A stretch of 64,000 bases of DNA from Pseudomonadota bacterium (GCA_021777795.1 JAJYDD010000001.1:689-64688); one strand, 5' to 3'. Positions 8,986 to 19,572 are shown, counted from the stretch's first letter. Notes: a model not told the origin generated them from the sequence alone. Program-made: numbers and translations.

Positions 8986-9939
8986 TTGCCGATTCAGGTT
9001 CGCCACATCAATTACGTCATCGCCGCGGCAGACCATGGCAGCTTCCGCCGGGCCGCCGCGTTTCTGGGGGTGCAGGAATCGGCTGTCAGCCGAAGAATTC
9101 GTGATCTGGAAGGCCGGCTCGGCGCAGCCTTGTTCACGCGCTCGGCCCGCGGCGTCCAACTCACCCAGGCGGGCAGGCAATTCCTCCAGCGCGGCCGCAA
9201 GGCGCTGTCGCAAATCGGCATGGCCAGGACCGAAGTGAGCGCGATCGGGCGCGGTGAAAATGGCGAGATCCGGATCGGCATTTTCTCGTCGCTGGCGTCC
9301 GGTTTCCTGTCCGATCTCTTCTTGGCGTTCGGGCAGCGCCACAAGGCGGTGAGACTGATCTTCGCGGACGGCAATCCCGCCGAGCACGTCGCCTCGGTGC
9401 GACAGCTCCAGCTCGACGTGGCCTTCCTGACCGGACTCACAAGCTGGCCGGATTGCCAAAGTCAGCATCTCTGGTCGGAGCGCATCTTTGCGGTGTTGCC
9501 GGAACGGCACCCTCGCGCCGGCGAATCGGAGATCTGTTTCGGCGATCTGTTGGACGAGTCCTTCATCGTCAGCGAAAGCGCGCCTGGCGAGGAAATTCAC
9601 GACTATCTCGTCCAGCGCCTGGCCGACCTCGGGCGCCACCCCGACATTCAGCAACAGGCCGTGGGACGCGACACACTGATGCAGCTCGTGGCGCTCGGAC
9701 GCGGCCTTACCGTGACCAGCGAGGCGACGACGGGCGCGCAGTTTCCAGGCGTGGTGTTCCGCCCGATCGCCGGCGAGATATTGCCTTTCCGTGCAGTCTG
9801 GTCGGAGCGCAATGACAACCCGGCATTTTGGAGTCTGATGAAACTCGCTCGATCCATGGCGCGCGTCGATGGTGCGCCGAAAGTCATCGTTCGGCCGTCG
9901 AGCGCCGCGCCTTCGCAAAACCGCGATCGGTTGCGATGA
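8986..9939 (+). CDS. LysR-family transcriptional regulator
   Basis: GSFRRAAAFLGVQESAVSRRIRDLE HTH; convergent with DUF2274 as in the left copy. Confidence 0.92.
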   Translation: MPIQVRHINYVIAAADHGSFRRAAAFLGVQESAVSRRIRDLEGRLGAALFTRSARGVQLTQAGRQFLQRGRKALSQIGMARTEVSAIGRGENGEIRIGIFSSLASGFLSDLFLAFGQRHKAVRLIFADGNPAEHVASVRQLQLDVAFLTGLTSWPDCQSQHLWSERIFAVLPERHPRAGESEICFGDLLDESFIVSESAPGEEIHDYLVQRLADLGRHPDIQQQAVGRDTLMQLVALGRGLTVTSEATTGAQFPGVVFRPIAGEILPFRAVWSERNDNPAFWSLMKLARSMARVDGAPKVIVRPSSAAPSQNRDRLR

Positions 9940-10111
9940 ACCGCTCCAGCATGGGCACGATCAGACGAATGGGATCGACGGGTGGCTGCCCGACTTCTCG
10001 GCCAAGGATTTCGGCGTAGGCCAAGAGATCGCGATGGAGGCTGGCGGGCAGCTCCACCGCAATTTTCACAGGCTTTTCGTTTTCGATGGAGCCGAGTTTC
10101 AACTTCGCCAT
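9884..10111 (-). CDS. DUF2274 family protein
   Basis: MAKLKLGSIENEKPVKIAVELPA...DRGFAKAR; follows trbI. Confidence 0.85.
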   Translation of the reverse strand: MAKLKLGSIENEKPVKIAVELPASLHRDLLAYAEILGREVGQPPVDPIRLIVPMLERFIATDRGFAKARRSTAER

Positions 10112-10112
10112 G

Positions 10113-11360
10113 TCAGCCTCCGTAGGGTTCGAGCACGAGGTCGCGCGTAACGATGACCCGGACCGGGAAGCCGGGCCGGATCGTCAGCGTCGGTGCAATA
10201 TTGAGCTGGCGGCTGACGATTTGCTGACCCGTCTGGCTGACGCTATTCGACGCGCCCTGACGAAGCGCCTGGACCAGATTGTTTTCGTTCTGGCTGGTCC
10301 CGGCCTCCGCGCCGACGCTGAGCAGCGTGGACAGCGCAGCAGCCTTGAATAGCTCGCCCCAATGGTAGTCGACGCCATCTTCAAGTCCGGCATAGCCTTC
10401 GGCATCAGCGCCGGGCTGCCGTTCGAGCACGATCGAGCGGCCGTTGGGGAATAGGAGCCGGTTCCACACGAGCAGGATGCGGCGCTGGCCGAAGCCAACG
10501 CCGGAGTCGTACTGACCGACGACGCGCGTGCCCTGTGGGATGAGCAGGATCTTGCCGGTAGGACTGTCGTAGATGTTCTCCGTCACCTGTGCGGTGATCT
10601 GGCCGGGGAGATCGGAGCGGATACCGGAGATGAGCGCTGCCGCAATCACCGCGCCGGCTTGAAGCACGTTGGCCGACGCCGGCGCCGTGACGCGATCGGG
10701 GGAGACGGTGCGCTTGTCGGGCGTCTGGTTGAGGAAGGCGAGCTGGCGGTCCTGCGCCGAGGGTGTCGAAGGCTGCGGCGCCAGACCAAGGCTGGCGAGA
10801 TCGGTCTGAGGAACGGGCGTGGTGGCCGCCGCCGCCGGGCTATTCGTCGGCCTCGTTTCGGTGGACGAGAACAGCCGCGCGGTGCGGGCGGATTCGGTTT
10901 CTTGAAGGCGGCGCTGCTCCTCCTGGCTGATGCCGGAATTGGGCATGGCCATGGGCGGCGTGGGGACGGATTGACCGGCATTTTGCGCGCTGAGGATCGG
11001 TCGGCCGAGATCGCCTGGCAGCGGCGGCCCGAGCTTGGGCACGCCGGAATAATCCTTCGGCAGTCCGGCGAGACCATCCGGCGTCGTGCGGTTGTCGGTG
11101 GAATAGAGTTCTTGGCCCTGATTACCGCCGTGACGGGTCTGGAGGGCATAGATCAGCGCGCCGCCAAGACCTACGCTCGTCACCAGCGCGATCCCGGCAA
11201 GCGCCTTGCGCGACAGCCGCGTGACGCGCGGCGGTTCGGGGCGCAGCCGCATGGTCGCAGCCGGCTCGCCGGTCAGCGGCCGGGCGTCATCCTCCACGTT
11301 GCGCGAGCGCGGGGCCTCGGGCTCCTTCCCGTCTTCCTTTTCGGGATCGATCTCGTTCAC
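10113..11360 (-). CDS. trbI: TrbI/VirB10
   Basis: GIRSDLPGQITAQV, PTLTIRPGFPVRV; operon position. Confidence 0.95.
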   Translation of the reverse strand: MNEIDPEKEDGKEPEAPRSRNVEDDARPLTGEPAATMRLRPEPPRVTRLSRKALAGIALVTSVGLGGALIYALQTRHGGNQGQELYSTDNRTTPDGLAGLPKDYSGVPKLGPPLPGDLGRPILSAQNAGQSVPTPPMAMPNSGISQEEQRRLQETESARTARLFSSTETRPTNSPAAAATTPVPQTDLASLGLAPQPSTPSAQDRQLAFLNQTPDKRTVSPDRVTAPASANVLQAGAVIAAALISGIRSDLPGQITAQVTENIYDSPTGKILLIPQGTRVVGQYDSGVGFGQRRILLVWNRLLFPNGRSIVLERQPGADAEGYAGLEDGVDYHWGELFKAAALSTLLSVGAEAGTSQNENNLVQALRQGASNSVSQTGQQIVSRQLNIAPTLTIRPGFPVRVIVTRDLVLEPYGG

Positions 11361-12400
11361 GACGCCGGCCTCCCGTCGGTACGGGAGATGCGCACGCGCT
11401 TCTGGTCCTTCGCCGCGCCGAAGCGCAGCTCAGCGGCGGCGAACAGTCGATCGACGATCATGTAATTGCCGCGCACCCGATAGTTCACGAGTTCGGAGGT
11501 GTCGCCTTCGGGGCCGACGACGAACAGCGGCGGCAACTCGCCTTGGGCGATGCCGCGCGGGAATTCGATGAAGACCTGTTTGCCATCGTCGAAGGCGCGC
11601 AGCGGCCGCCACGGCGCGCGGTCGCCCGTCACCTCGTACCGGAAATTGACCTTCGCCAGGTCGATGCCGGAGGACACGGGTTGCGCGGCCTGCGCCTCGG
11701 CGTTTTGGCGGCGCAGCGCAATGAGTTGGTCCTGCGGATACTGCCACGAGACCGAGGCCATGTAGGTCTTCTCGGTCGAGCGCAGTTCCATGTGGTAGGT
11801 GCGCCGGTCGGTGTTGATGACGAGATTGGTCATCAGCTCGGGCCGCGTCGGCTTGACGAGGATATGTATCTGCTTGCCGGCGCTCGTGCCGCTTTCGGTG
11901 TCGCCGATGATCCAGCGGACGGTGTCACCGGCGGCGACGGGACCGGAGCCGACCAGGGTTTCGCCAGCCTGCAATGCGATGTCGGTGATCTCGCCGGGCG
12001 AGGAATAGACCTGATAGAGCGCGCCATCGACGAAGGGATAGACCTGCATCGAGTTGATGAAACCGTTGCGCACGGGTTGGACGCGCGCGGCGGCGTTGGC
12101 CTGATTGACGCGCACGGCCGGGTCCGAGGCTTCGGGCTCGGGCTTGCCGTCCTTGCCGACGGGCTTCAACTGGCCGGGAAGCGGCAGGGGTTTGGAGAGT
12201 TCGACCACCCTGACCGGCGCGGGCGGATCGGACGCCTGTACGGCGGGCGCGGCATTGTCATAGTCGATGTCGGGCGGCGGAATATGGCCAGTGCAGCCGG
12301 CGAGCGCCGATGTGCAAAAAAGGAGTAGCGGAATTCCGGATTTACGGAGAGCCGGGCTCCCTCCGTGTGTTGGGGCAGCGCGACGGAGGGGCGGTGTCAT
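11357..12400 (-). CDS. trbG: TrbG/VirB9
   Basis: Lipoprotein-like LAGC; AAGDTVRWIIG, TNLVINTDRRTY, FDDGKQVFIEFP; start ATG 12400 overlaps the trbF stop. Confidence 0.92.
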   Translation of the reverse strand: MTPPLRRAAPTHGGSPALRKSGIPLLLFCTSALAGCTGHIPPPDIDYDNAAPAVQASDPPAPVRVVELSKPLPLPGQLKPVGKDGKPEPEASDPAVRVNQANAAARVQPVRNGFINSMQVYPFVDGALYQVYSSPGEITDIALQAGETLVGSGPVAAGDTVRWIIGDTESGTSAGKQIHILVKPTRPELMTNLVINTDRRTYHMELRSTEKTYMASVSWQYPQDQLIALRRQNAEAQAAQPVSSGIDLAKVNFRYEVTGDRAPWRPLRAFDDGKQVFIEFPRGIAQGELPPLFVVGPEGDTSELVNYRVRGNYMIVDRLFAAAELRFGAAKDQKRVRISRTDGRPAS

Positions 12401-13080
12401 GATCCAAGTTCCTTCGACCAGTTGATGGCGTTGATGTAGATTCCGAGTGGGTTCTTCCTCAGCGTGTCGGCGTCGCGCGGCGGCTGCACGGCGACCGTCA
12501 GGATGGCGGACCAGCGTTCGGTGCTGCTGAGCGATCCGTCCTGATAGCGGCGCTCGATCCAGGCGACGCGGAAGCTCGACGGCGAGGCGCGGATGACGCT
12601 GGAGAGTTCGACGGCGATCTGGAGCTTGCCGACATTGGCGAAAGGATCGTTGGCGCGGGCGTAATCGTTGAGCGCCAACGCACCGCCCTGTGTGGTGAAG
12701 TCGTAAGCGCGCAGCCAGTTCTGGCGCACGATGATCGGATCGGCGGGGATGCCCCGGACCTCCTCGATGAAACGCGCGAGGTAGAAGGCGATCTGCGGAT
12801 CGCCCGGCTGATAGTCGGCGGTGGCAGGCGCCACGGCCTGCGCGGCGCCGAGCTTGTCGACCTGCACCACCCACGGCACGATAGACCCATTGGCGGATTG
12901 CCAGACCAGCGCGGCGGACAATCCCGCCGACAAGGCGAGCGAGCCGAAAGCCATCAGCCGCCAGTTCTTCGCCTGCACGCGGGCCGAGCCGATACGCTCG
13001 TCCCAGACCTGCGCGGCGCGCTGATAGGGCGTCTCGGGCTGCGGAGATTTGCCGTAATGGGTCGATGGTCGCTTGAACAT
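12397..13080 (-). CDS. trbF: TrbF/VirB8
   Basis: PETPYQRAAQVWDERIGSARVQAKNWR, KNPLGIYI. Confidence 0.93.
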   Translation of the reverse strand: MFKRPSTHYGKSPQPETPYQRAAQVWDERIGSARVQAKNWRLMAFGSLALSAGLSAALVWQSANGSIVPWVVQVDKLGAAQAVAPATADYQPGDPQIAFYLARFIEEVRGIPADPIIVRQNWLRAYDFTTQGGALALNDYARANDPFANVGKLQIAVELSSVIRASPSSFRVAWIERRYQDGSLSSTERWSAILTVAVQPPRDADTLRKNPLGIYINAINWSKELGS

Positions 13081-13082
13081 GA

Positions 13083-14441
13083 TCAGTCGCTTTCGGAAAG
13101 GTTGACGGAAGAGCCGCCGCCATGGCTGTCGCCGCTGCGCACGGCATGGGCGGTTGCCTGAACGCCGTGGGTCATCTGCTGCGAGCGCTTCATGCGCGTC
13201 GCCCAAGCCGGCGGGCCTTCGGTGGAGGAAGATGAAGACGCGGCGGGCGCGGCGGCTTCGGCTTCGGCCGCTTCACCGCCCGCGACGGAGCCGCCCGTGG
13301 CTTCGATGGCCGCGCGGCTTCCCGCCTGATAACTGGATTTGAGACTGTCGGCGGCGCGCGATGCGGCGCGCTTCAAGGGCGAAACGGCGGCTTGCGCGCC
13401 AGCATTGGCGACGCCGCCGAGGCCTGAGGCGACACCGGATGCGCCGGACTGACCAGCGGCTCCGAGGCTGTAGGCGGTCGAGGCGCCGCCTGCCAGTGCA
13501 GCCCCGCCACGCGCGGCAGCTGCGGCTCCGCCAACGAGCGCCGCGCCACCAGAGGCGACAGCGCCAACGGTCGCCGCACCCGCCGCGACCATGCCGCCAG
13601 CGGCGAGCCCTGTGCCGATCGCCGCGCCTGCGCCGAGCTGAGGACCACCGGAGACGAGGCCGTTGGCAATGCCGGGGCCGAAAATGCCCAGGCCGAGCAG
13701 CGACAGCGCTGCGAGCACGATCGCCATCGCCTGATCGATCGTCGGCGTCGCGCCTCCGAATCCGGCGGTGAACTGCGAGAACAACATCGAGCCGATGCCG
13801 ATGATGACGGCGAGCACGAGCACCTTGATGCCGGACGAGATGACGTTGCCGAGCACGCGCTCGGCCATGAAGGCGGATTTGCCGAAGAGGCCGAAGGGGA
13901 TCAGCACGAAGCCAGCGAGCGTCGTCAGCTTGAATTCGATCAGCGTCACGAAGAGCTGGATCGCGAGAATGAAGAAGGCGAGCAGCACCAGCGCCCACGC
14001 GAACAGCATGCAGGCGATCTGGATGAAGTTCTCGAAGAATGAGACATAGCCCATCAAATTCGAGATCGCGGTGAGCAGCGGACGGCTCGCGTCGAGCCCG
14101 GTCTGGGCGACCTGGCCCGGCTGCATCAGCTGAGCGGCGGTAAAGCCGGTGCCGGAGGCTTTGAGGCCGAGCCCGGCAAAGCTGTTGAAGACGATTTTGG
14201 CGAGGTTGTTCCAGTTGGAGATCAGGTAGGCGAAGACCCCGACGAACAGCGTCTTCTTGACGAGCCGCGCCATGATGTCTTCGTCGGCGCCCCAGCTCCA
14301 GAACAGCGCGGCCAGCGTCACGTCGATGACGATGAGCGTGGTGGCGATGAAACCGACCTCGCCGCTGAGAAGGCCGAAGCCGCTGTCGATGTAGCTCGTG
14401 AAGACTCCGAGGAATTGGTCGATGACGCCGGTGTTGCCCAT
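13083..14441 (-). CDS. trbL: TrbL/VirB6
   Basis: FTSYIDSGFGLL, TLIEFKLTTLAGFVLIPF; multiple TM segments; Ala/Gly-rich tail. Confidence 0.93.
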   Translation of the reverse strand: MGNTGVIDQFLGVFTSYIDSGFGLLSGEVGFIATTLIVIDVTLAALFWSWGADEDIMARLVKKTLFVGVFAYLISNWNNLAKIVFNSFAGLGLKASGTGFTAAQLMQPGQVAQTGLDASRPLLTAISNLMGYVSFFENFIQIACMLFAWALVLLAFFILAIQLFVTLIEFKLTTLAGFVLIPFGLFGKSAFMAERVLGNVISSGIKVLVLAVIIGIGSMLFSQFTAGFGGATPTIDQAMAIVLAALSLLGLGIFGPGIANGLVSGGPQLGAGAAIGTGLAAGGMVAAGAATVGAVASGGAALVGGAAAAARGGAALAGGASTAYSLGAAGQSGASGVASGLGGVANAGAQAAVSPLKRAASRAADSLKSSYQAGSRAAIEATGGSVAGGEAAEAEAAAPAASSSSSTEGPPAWATRMKRSQQMTHGVQATAHAVRSGDSHGGGSSVNLSESD

Positions 14442-14444
14442 GGC

Positions 14445-14702
14445 TTAGCGCTCCTCACCCAGAAAACGGCGGCGGTTCTTGGCCCAGGCGGCGAGGCAGC
14501 CGGCATCGCGCTCGCCGGCTTCGCCGAGCGTGTTGCATCGATCCAGTTCTCCAGTGAGCGGATCGGCGCTGGCGGCGATCGTCGGCGCGGCCGCGAATGT
14601 CACGGCGGGCTCGGGTTTGCGCGTGGCGTCGATCACCGCCGCCGTGATCGCGAAGGCGGCGAAAACGACGGCGCCGATGCGCGCAAGGGTCTTTGCATCC
14701 AC
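14445..14702 (-). CDS. trbK: Putative entry-exclusion protein TrbK-alt
   Basis: GTG start; N-terminal TM; DPLTGELDRC...CLAAWAKNRRRFLG; lies between trbJ and trbL. Confidence 0.78.
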   Translation of the reverse strand: MDAKTLARIGAVVFAAFAITAAVIDATRKPEPAVTFAAAPTIAASADPLTGELDRCNTLGEAGERDAGCLAAWAKNRRRFLGEER

Positions 14703-14713
14703 GGGTCGCCGCC

Positions 14714-15481
14714 TCAGTTGCCGGAATGGAACATCTGGGCGTTGCCGGGCTGATAGGCGGCGCCGGGGGTCAGAAACGTCTGGCGCTGGGCCTGGCCCTG
14801 TGCGGCGGCGGCGGAGCGTTCGGCGTCGCGCAGCGCATCGGCGCGGCCGTTGGCGGCAACGACCGCGGTCAGATCGGCGATCTGCTGCGCGGCGAGTGCG
14901 ACCAACTGATTGCCGGCCTGCGTCGCTTGCAACGCGCCGGTCGCGTTCTGGCTGGCGCCCACCAGCACCGACATCTGCGCCGAATTCGTGCCGAGATTGG
15001 AGACGACGGTGGCCTGCGTCTTCATCGCGTCCTGCAAGGCCGCGAGCGTGTTTTGCCAGCGAGCCTGCGCATTGGCGACGAGCTGGGCGTTGGAGCCCGA
15101 CATCGAGGCGGTCGAATACTGGCTCTGGAACGCCGTGTTGATCGCCTGCGTACTGTAGGTGATGTTCTGGGCCTGGGAGAGCAGTGTCTGCGTGCGCTGA
15201 AGTGACTGCTCGATCTGGTTGAGCGAGGAGACAGGCAGGCTTGCCAGATTGCGCGCCTGATTGATCAGCATCTGGGTCTGGTTTTGCAGCGACGTGATCT
15301 GATTGGTGATCTGCTGAAGGCTGCGTGCGGCGGTCAGCACATTTTGGGCGTAGTTCGAGGGGTCGAACACCACCCACTGCGCATGGGCGGGCGTCGCCAG
15401 CATCGGCGCGAACGCCAAGGGCGCGGCGAGAAGCGCCAGGGCGAAACGCCGGGCGCGGATACGGGAACGGACGTGGATCAT
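14714..15481 (-). CDS. trbJ: TrbJ/VirB5
   Basis: Signal peptide ...PAHAQW; VFDPSNYAQNVLTAARSLQQI; ATGALQATQAGNQL. Confidence 0.93.
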   Translation of the reverse strand: MIHVRSRIRARRFALALLAAPLAFAPMLATPAHAQWVVFDPSNYAQNVLTAARSLQQITNQITSLQNQTQMLINQARNLASLPVSSLNQIEQSLQRTQTLLSQAQNITYSTQAINTAFQSQYSTASMSGSNAQLVANAQARWQNTLAALQDAMKTQATVVSNLGTNSAQMSVLVGASQNATGALQATQAGNQLVALAAQQIADLTAVVAANGRADALRDAERSAAAAQGQAQRQTFLTPGAAYQPGNAQMFHSGN

Positions 15482-17952
15482 GACGTGATCTCCGGGTTGG
15501 GGGCGGATGGAATGCGGGTTTGCGGGATGACGTTGGTGAGGCCGGCGATCATGTCGGCGGCCCAGGCGAGCCGGTTCTCGCGCAGCCACGCGGCGAGGAA
15601 TCCCTCAGCGCCGGAACGGGCATGAACCTCGGCGATGAGTTGCTGGTGCTGTCGCGAGGACGCTGCGCAGAGCGATAGCGCCACCTCGGAGAGGCCGAGT
15701 TCGAACAGCCGGTTGCCGCGCCGCGACTGGCAGTAATAGTCGCGCTTGGGCATGGCCCGCGCGACGATCTCGATCTGGCGGTCGTTGAGGCCGAAACGGC
15801 GATAAATGGCGGTGATCTGAGGTTCGATCGCCCGCTCGTTCGGGAGCAGAAGGCGGGTCTGACAGCTCTCGATGATCGCGGGCGCAATTGCGCTGCCGTC
15901 GATGTCCGACAGGCTCTGCGTGGCGAAGATGACGCTGGCGTTCTTCTTGCGCAGCGTCTTCAGCCACTCTCGAAGCTGGCCGGCGAACCCCTCGTCGTCG
16001 AGGGCGAGCCAGCCTTCATCGACAATGATGAGCGTCGGCGAACCGTCGAGCCGGTCCTCGATGCGGTGGAAGAGATAGGCGAGTACGGCGGGGGCGGCTT
16101 CCGCGCCGATCAAACCCTCGGTCTCGAACGCCTGAGCGGTGGCCGTGCCGAGATGTTCGCTTTCGGCGTCGAGCAGCCGGCCCCACGCGCCGCCGATGCA
16201 ATAGGGGCGCAGCGCCTGCTTCAGGTCGTTGGACTGCAACAGCACGCAGAGGCCGGTGATCGTGCGCTCCTCGATCGGCGCGGACGCGAGCGAGGTCAGC
16301 GCGGTCCAGATGTGTTCCTTCACCTCCGGGCTGATGGTGACGCTCTCGCGCTTGAGGATCGCGACGATCCAATCGGCGGCCCAGGCGCGTTCGGCGGTGT
16401 CGTCGACGCGCGCGAGCGGTTGCAGCGAAACGCTGGCGGCGCTGCCCTCAGTGAGGCCGCCGCCGAGATCGTGCCAGTCGCCCCGCATGGCGAGCGCGGC
16501 CGCCCGGATCGAACCGCCGAAATCGAAGGCGAACACCTGCGCGCCCGCGTAACGGCGGAACTGCAAGGCCATCAGCGCCAGCAGCACGGATTTTCCCGCG
16601 CCGGTCGGGCCGACGATCAGCGTGTGACCGACATCGCCGACATGGAGGGAAAACCGGAACGGGGTCGAGCCTTCGGTCTTGCCGAAGAGCAGCGGGGGCG
16701 CTGCGAAATGCTCATCCCGTTCCGGCCCCGCCCACACCGCTGACAAGGGTATGATGTGGGCGAGATTGAGTGTCGAGATTGGCGGCTGCCGGACATTGGC
16801 GTAGACATGCCCCGGCAGCGAGCCGAGCCAAGCGTCCACCGCGTTGATCGTCTCGGGCATGGCGGTGAAGTCGCGGCCCTGGATCACCTTCTCGACGAGG
16901 CGCAGCTTCTCGTCGGCGGTGCGGGGATCGGCGTCCCACACCGTCACGGTGGCGGTGACATAGGCGATGCCGGCATGATCGGCGCCGAGTTCCTGCAACG
17001 CGAGATCGGCGTCGGCTGCTTTGTTCGAGGCGTCGGTATCGACCAGCGCCGAGGCTTCGTTGGTCATCACCTCCTTGAGGATCGCGGCGATCGACTTGCG
17101 CTTGGCGAACCACTGGCGGCGGATTTTGGTGAGCAGTTTGGTCGCATCCGTCTTGTCGAGCAGGATCGCACGCGTGCTCCACCGGTACGGGAAGGCGAGC
17201 CGGTTCAGTTCGTCGAGCAGGCCGGGCGTCGTCGCGGTCGGAAATCCGGTGACGGTCAGCACGCGCAGGTGCTGCTTGCCAAGCCGGGGTTCGAGCCCGC
17301 CGGTCAACGGCTGATCGGCCAACAGCGCATCGAGATACATGGGCGTTTCGGGCACGCGGACGCGATGGCGTTTGGTGGAAACGCAGGCGTGCAGATAGGT
17401 CAGCGTCTCGGCGTCATCGAGCCAGGCGCATTCCGGCATGAACGCTTCGACGAGGCGCAGGATGCGATCGGTGCGATCGGCGAAGCCGGTCAGCGCTTCG
17501 CGGGGATCGAGACCTTTCTGCTCCCGGCCCTCGTAGAGCCAGCTTTCGGCGCGCGCGGCGTCCTCGGCCGGCGGCAGGTATGTGAAGGTCAGGAAGAAGC
17601 TGGATTCGAAATGCGCCCCGGCTTCTTCGAAGTCAGCCTTGCGTTCGGCGTCGACCAGCGCCGAGGCGGCATCCGGGAATATGCTTAGGGGATAGCGGTT
17701 CGAGACGTGGCGTTGCGCTTCCACGAAGATCGCCCAGCCGGAACCGAGGCGGCGGAAGGCGTTGTTCAACCGCCCCGCCACGGCGACCAGTTCGGCGGGC
17801 ACGGCGCTATCGAGGTCCGGTCCGCGGAACCGCGCCGTGCGCTGAAAACTGCCGTCCTTGTTGAGGACGACGCCTTCGCCGATCAGCGCCACCCATGGCA
17901 GAAAATCGGCGAGCCGGCTATTCTTGTTGCGATATTCGGCGAGGTTCATCAT
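15478..17952 (-). CDS. trbE: TrbE/VirB4 ATPase
   Basis: MNLAEYR, GPTGAGKS Walker A, DEGW, TLRKKNASVIFATQ. Confidence 0.96.
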   Translation of the reverse strand: MMNLAEYRNKNSRLADFLPWVALIGEGVVLNKDGSFQRTARFRGPDLDSAVPAELVAVAGRLNNAFRRLGSGWAIFVEAQRHVSNRYPLSIFPDAASALVDAERKADFEEAGAHFESSFFLTFTYLPPAEDAARAESWLYEGREQKGLDPREALTGFADRTDRILRLVEAFMPECAWLDDAETLTYLHACVSTKRHRVRVPETPMYLDALLADQPLTGGLEPRLGKQHLRVLTVTGFPTATTPGLLDELNRLAFPYRWSTRAILLDKTDATKLLTKIRRQWFAKRKSIAAILKEVMTNEASALVDTDASNKAADADLALQELGADHAGIAYVTATVTVWDADPRTADEKLRLVEKVIQGRDFTAMPETINAVDAWLGSLPGHVYANVRQPPISTLNLAHIIPLSAVWAGPERDEHFAAPPLLFGKTEGSTPFRFSLHVGDVGHTLIVGPTGAGKSVLLALMALQFRRYAGAQVFAFDFGGSIRAAALAMRGDWHDLGGGLTEGSAASVSLQPLARVDDTAERAWAADWIVAILKRESVTISPEVKEHIWTALTSLASAPIEERTITGLCVLLQSNDLKQALRPYCIGGAWGRLLDAESEHLGTATAQAFETEGLIGAEAAPAVLAYLFHRIEDRLDGSPTLIIVDEGWLALDDEGFAGQLREWLKTLRKKNASVIFATQSLSDIDGSAIAPAIIESCQTRLLLPNERAIEPQITAIYRRFGLNDRQIEIVARAMPKRDYYCQSRRGNRLFELGLSEVALSLCAASSRQHQQLIAEVHARSGAEGFLAAWLRENRLAWAADMIAGLTNVIPQTRIPSAPNPEITS

Positions 17953-17966
17953 CGGCGCGGCCCCAC

Positions 17967-18248
17967 TCAAACCGACAGGTGCGCGGGTATGCGCAGATGA
18001 CGGCGCACCACGTCGACGAAGAGCGGATCGCGCTTGGCCGCCCACACGGCGGCGACATGGCCAACCGCCCAAATGGCGAGGCCCACGAGCCAGAGGCGAA
18101 GCCCGAGTCCTATGGCGCCCGCGAGCGTGCCGTTCAGAATCGCGATGGCGCGCGGCGCGCCGCCGAGCAGGATCGGCTCGGATAACGCCCGGTGCAGCGG
18201 GACCGTGTAGCCGGGAACTTCACCGACCTGTTCGACGACAGCGGACAT
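17967..18248 (-). CDS. trbD: TrbD/VirB3
   Basis: VPLHRALSEPILLGGAPR...AAKRDPLF. Confidence 0.9.
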   Translation of the reverse strand: MSAVVEQVGEVPGYTVPLHRALSEPILLGGAPRAIAILNGTLAGAIGLGLRLWLVGLAIWAVGHVAAVWAAKRDPLFVDVVRRHLRIPAHLSV

Positions 18249-18580
18249 CAGACGAGCGCCCCGCCGCTGAACGAGAAGAACGAGAGGAAGAAGGAACTGG
18301 CGGCGAAGGCAATGGAGAGGCCGAACACGATCTGGATCAGGCGGCGGAAGCCGCCCGAGGTGTCGCCGAAGGCCAGCGACAGGCCCGTGGCGATGATGAC
18401 AATGACGGCGACGATCTTGGCGACCGGGCCTTCGATCGATTGCAGGATCTGTTGCAGCGGTTGTTCCCACGGCATGGACGAACCGGAGGCGTGGGCGGGT
18501 GCGGCCATCATCACGCTCAGGACAGCAATGGAAACCGACGCGGCGAGGCGGCGGCGCAGATGAAACGCGACAGGCATCAT
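18248..18580 (-). CDS. trbC: TrbC/VirB2 pilin
   Basis: MPWEQPLQQILQSIEGPVAK; two hydrophobic helices. Confidence 0.92.
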   Translation of the reverse strand: MMPVAFHLRRRLAASVSIAVLSVMMAAPAHASGSSMPWEQPLQQILQSIEGPVAKIVAVIVIIATGLSLAFGDTSGGFRRLIQIVFGLSIAFAASSFFLSFFSFSGGALV

Positions 18581-19572
18581 GAGGAACTTCCTTCTTCGGG
18601 CTTGGGAGAAACGGGATCAGCCGAGGTGACGCGGTAATCGCCGTCGGAGCCGAGGCCCTCGACGCGCGCGAGTTCGGCAAGGCGGCGCTTCGAGCCGCGA
18701 CCGGCGAGCACCGCGACGAGATCGATGGTCTCGGCGATCAGCGCGCGCGGGACGGTGACGACGGCTTCCTGGATGAGTTGCTCCATGCGGCGCAGCGCGC
18801 CGATGGCGCTTCCGGCGTGAATGGTGCCGACGCCACCAGGGTGGCCGGTGCCCCATGCCTTCAGGAGGTCGAGGGCTTCCGCCCCGCGCACCTCGCCGAC
18901 CGGGATGCGGTCAGGACGCAGGCGCAGCGACGAACGGACGAGATCGGAGAGCGAGGCGACGCCATCCTTGGTGCGCATTGCGACGAGATTGGGCGCGGCG
19001 CATTGCAGCTCGCGCGTATCTTCGATGATGACGACACGGTCAGAAGTCTTGGCGACTTCGGCCAGTAGCGCATTGGTCAGCGTGGTCTTGCCGGTCGAGG
19101 TGCCGCCGGCGACGAGGATATTGGCGCGCGAGGCGACGCCGTCTCGCAGCGCCCCCGCCTGTCCTGCCGACATGATCCCCGCCGCGACATAATCGTCGAG
19201 CGTGAACACGGCGACGGCGGGCTTTCGGATCGCGAAGGCGGGCGCCGCGACGACCGGCGGCAGCAAGCCCTCGAACCTTTCCCCCGTCTCGGGCAACTCG
19301 GCCGAGACGCGCGGCGCGCCGGCGTGAACCTCCGCGCCGACGTGGTGGGCGACCAGACGCACGATGCGTTCGCCATCGGCGGGCGACAGCTGCTCTCCCG
19401 TGTCGGACAGCCCTTCGGAAAGCCGGTCGATCCAGATGCGTCCATCCGGGTTCAGCATCACCTCGACGACGGCGGAGTCTTCCAGAAACCGCGCGATCGC
19501 CGGGCCGAGCGCGGTGCGCAGCATCCGCGCGCCGCGTGCCAAGCCTTCCGAGTTGTGGTGTGAAGCCTTCAT
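18577..19572 (-). CDS. trbB: TrbB/VirB11 ATPase
   Basis: [37 protein letters not shown]. Confidence 0.95.
   Translation of the reverse strand: MKASHHNSEGLARGARMLRTALGPAIARFLEDSAVVEVMLNPDGRIWIDRLSEGLSDTGEQLSPADGERIVRLVAHHVGAEVHAGAPRVSAELPETGERFEGLLPPVVAAPAFAIRKPAVAVFTLDDYVAAGIMSAGQAGALRDGVASRANILVAGGTSTGKTTLTNALLAEVAKTSDRVVIIEDTRELQCAAPNLVAMRTKDGVASLSDLVRSSLRLRPDRIPVGEVRGAEALDLLKAWGTGHPGGVGTIHAGSAIGALRRMEQLIQEAVVTVPRALIAETIDLVAVLAGRGSKRRLAELARVEGLGSDGDYRVTSADPVSPKPEEGSSS

Noticed and set aside
12401-13147. 596-aa TrbG with a long N-terminus (and the similar 310-aa ORF 14445-15377)
   Set aside because: Open-frame carry-over across trbF and trbJ in high-GC DNA; more plausible starts are 12400 and 14702
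13150-13650. Low-complexity GC-rich repeats
   Set aside because: They encode the normal Ala/Gly-rich tail of TrbL
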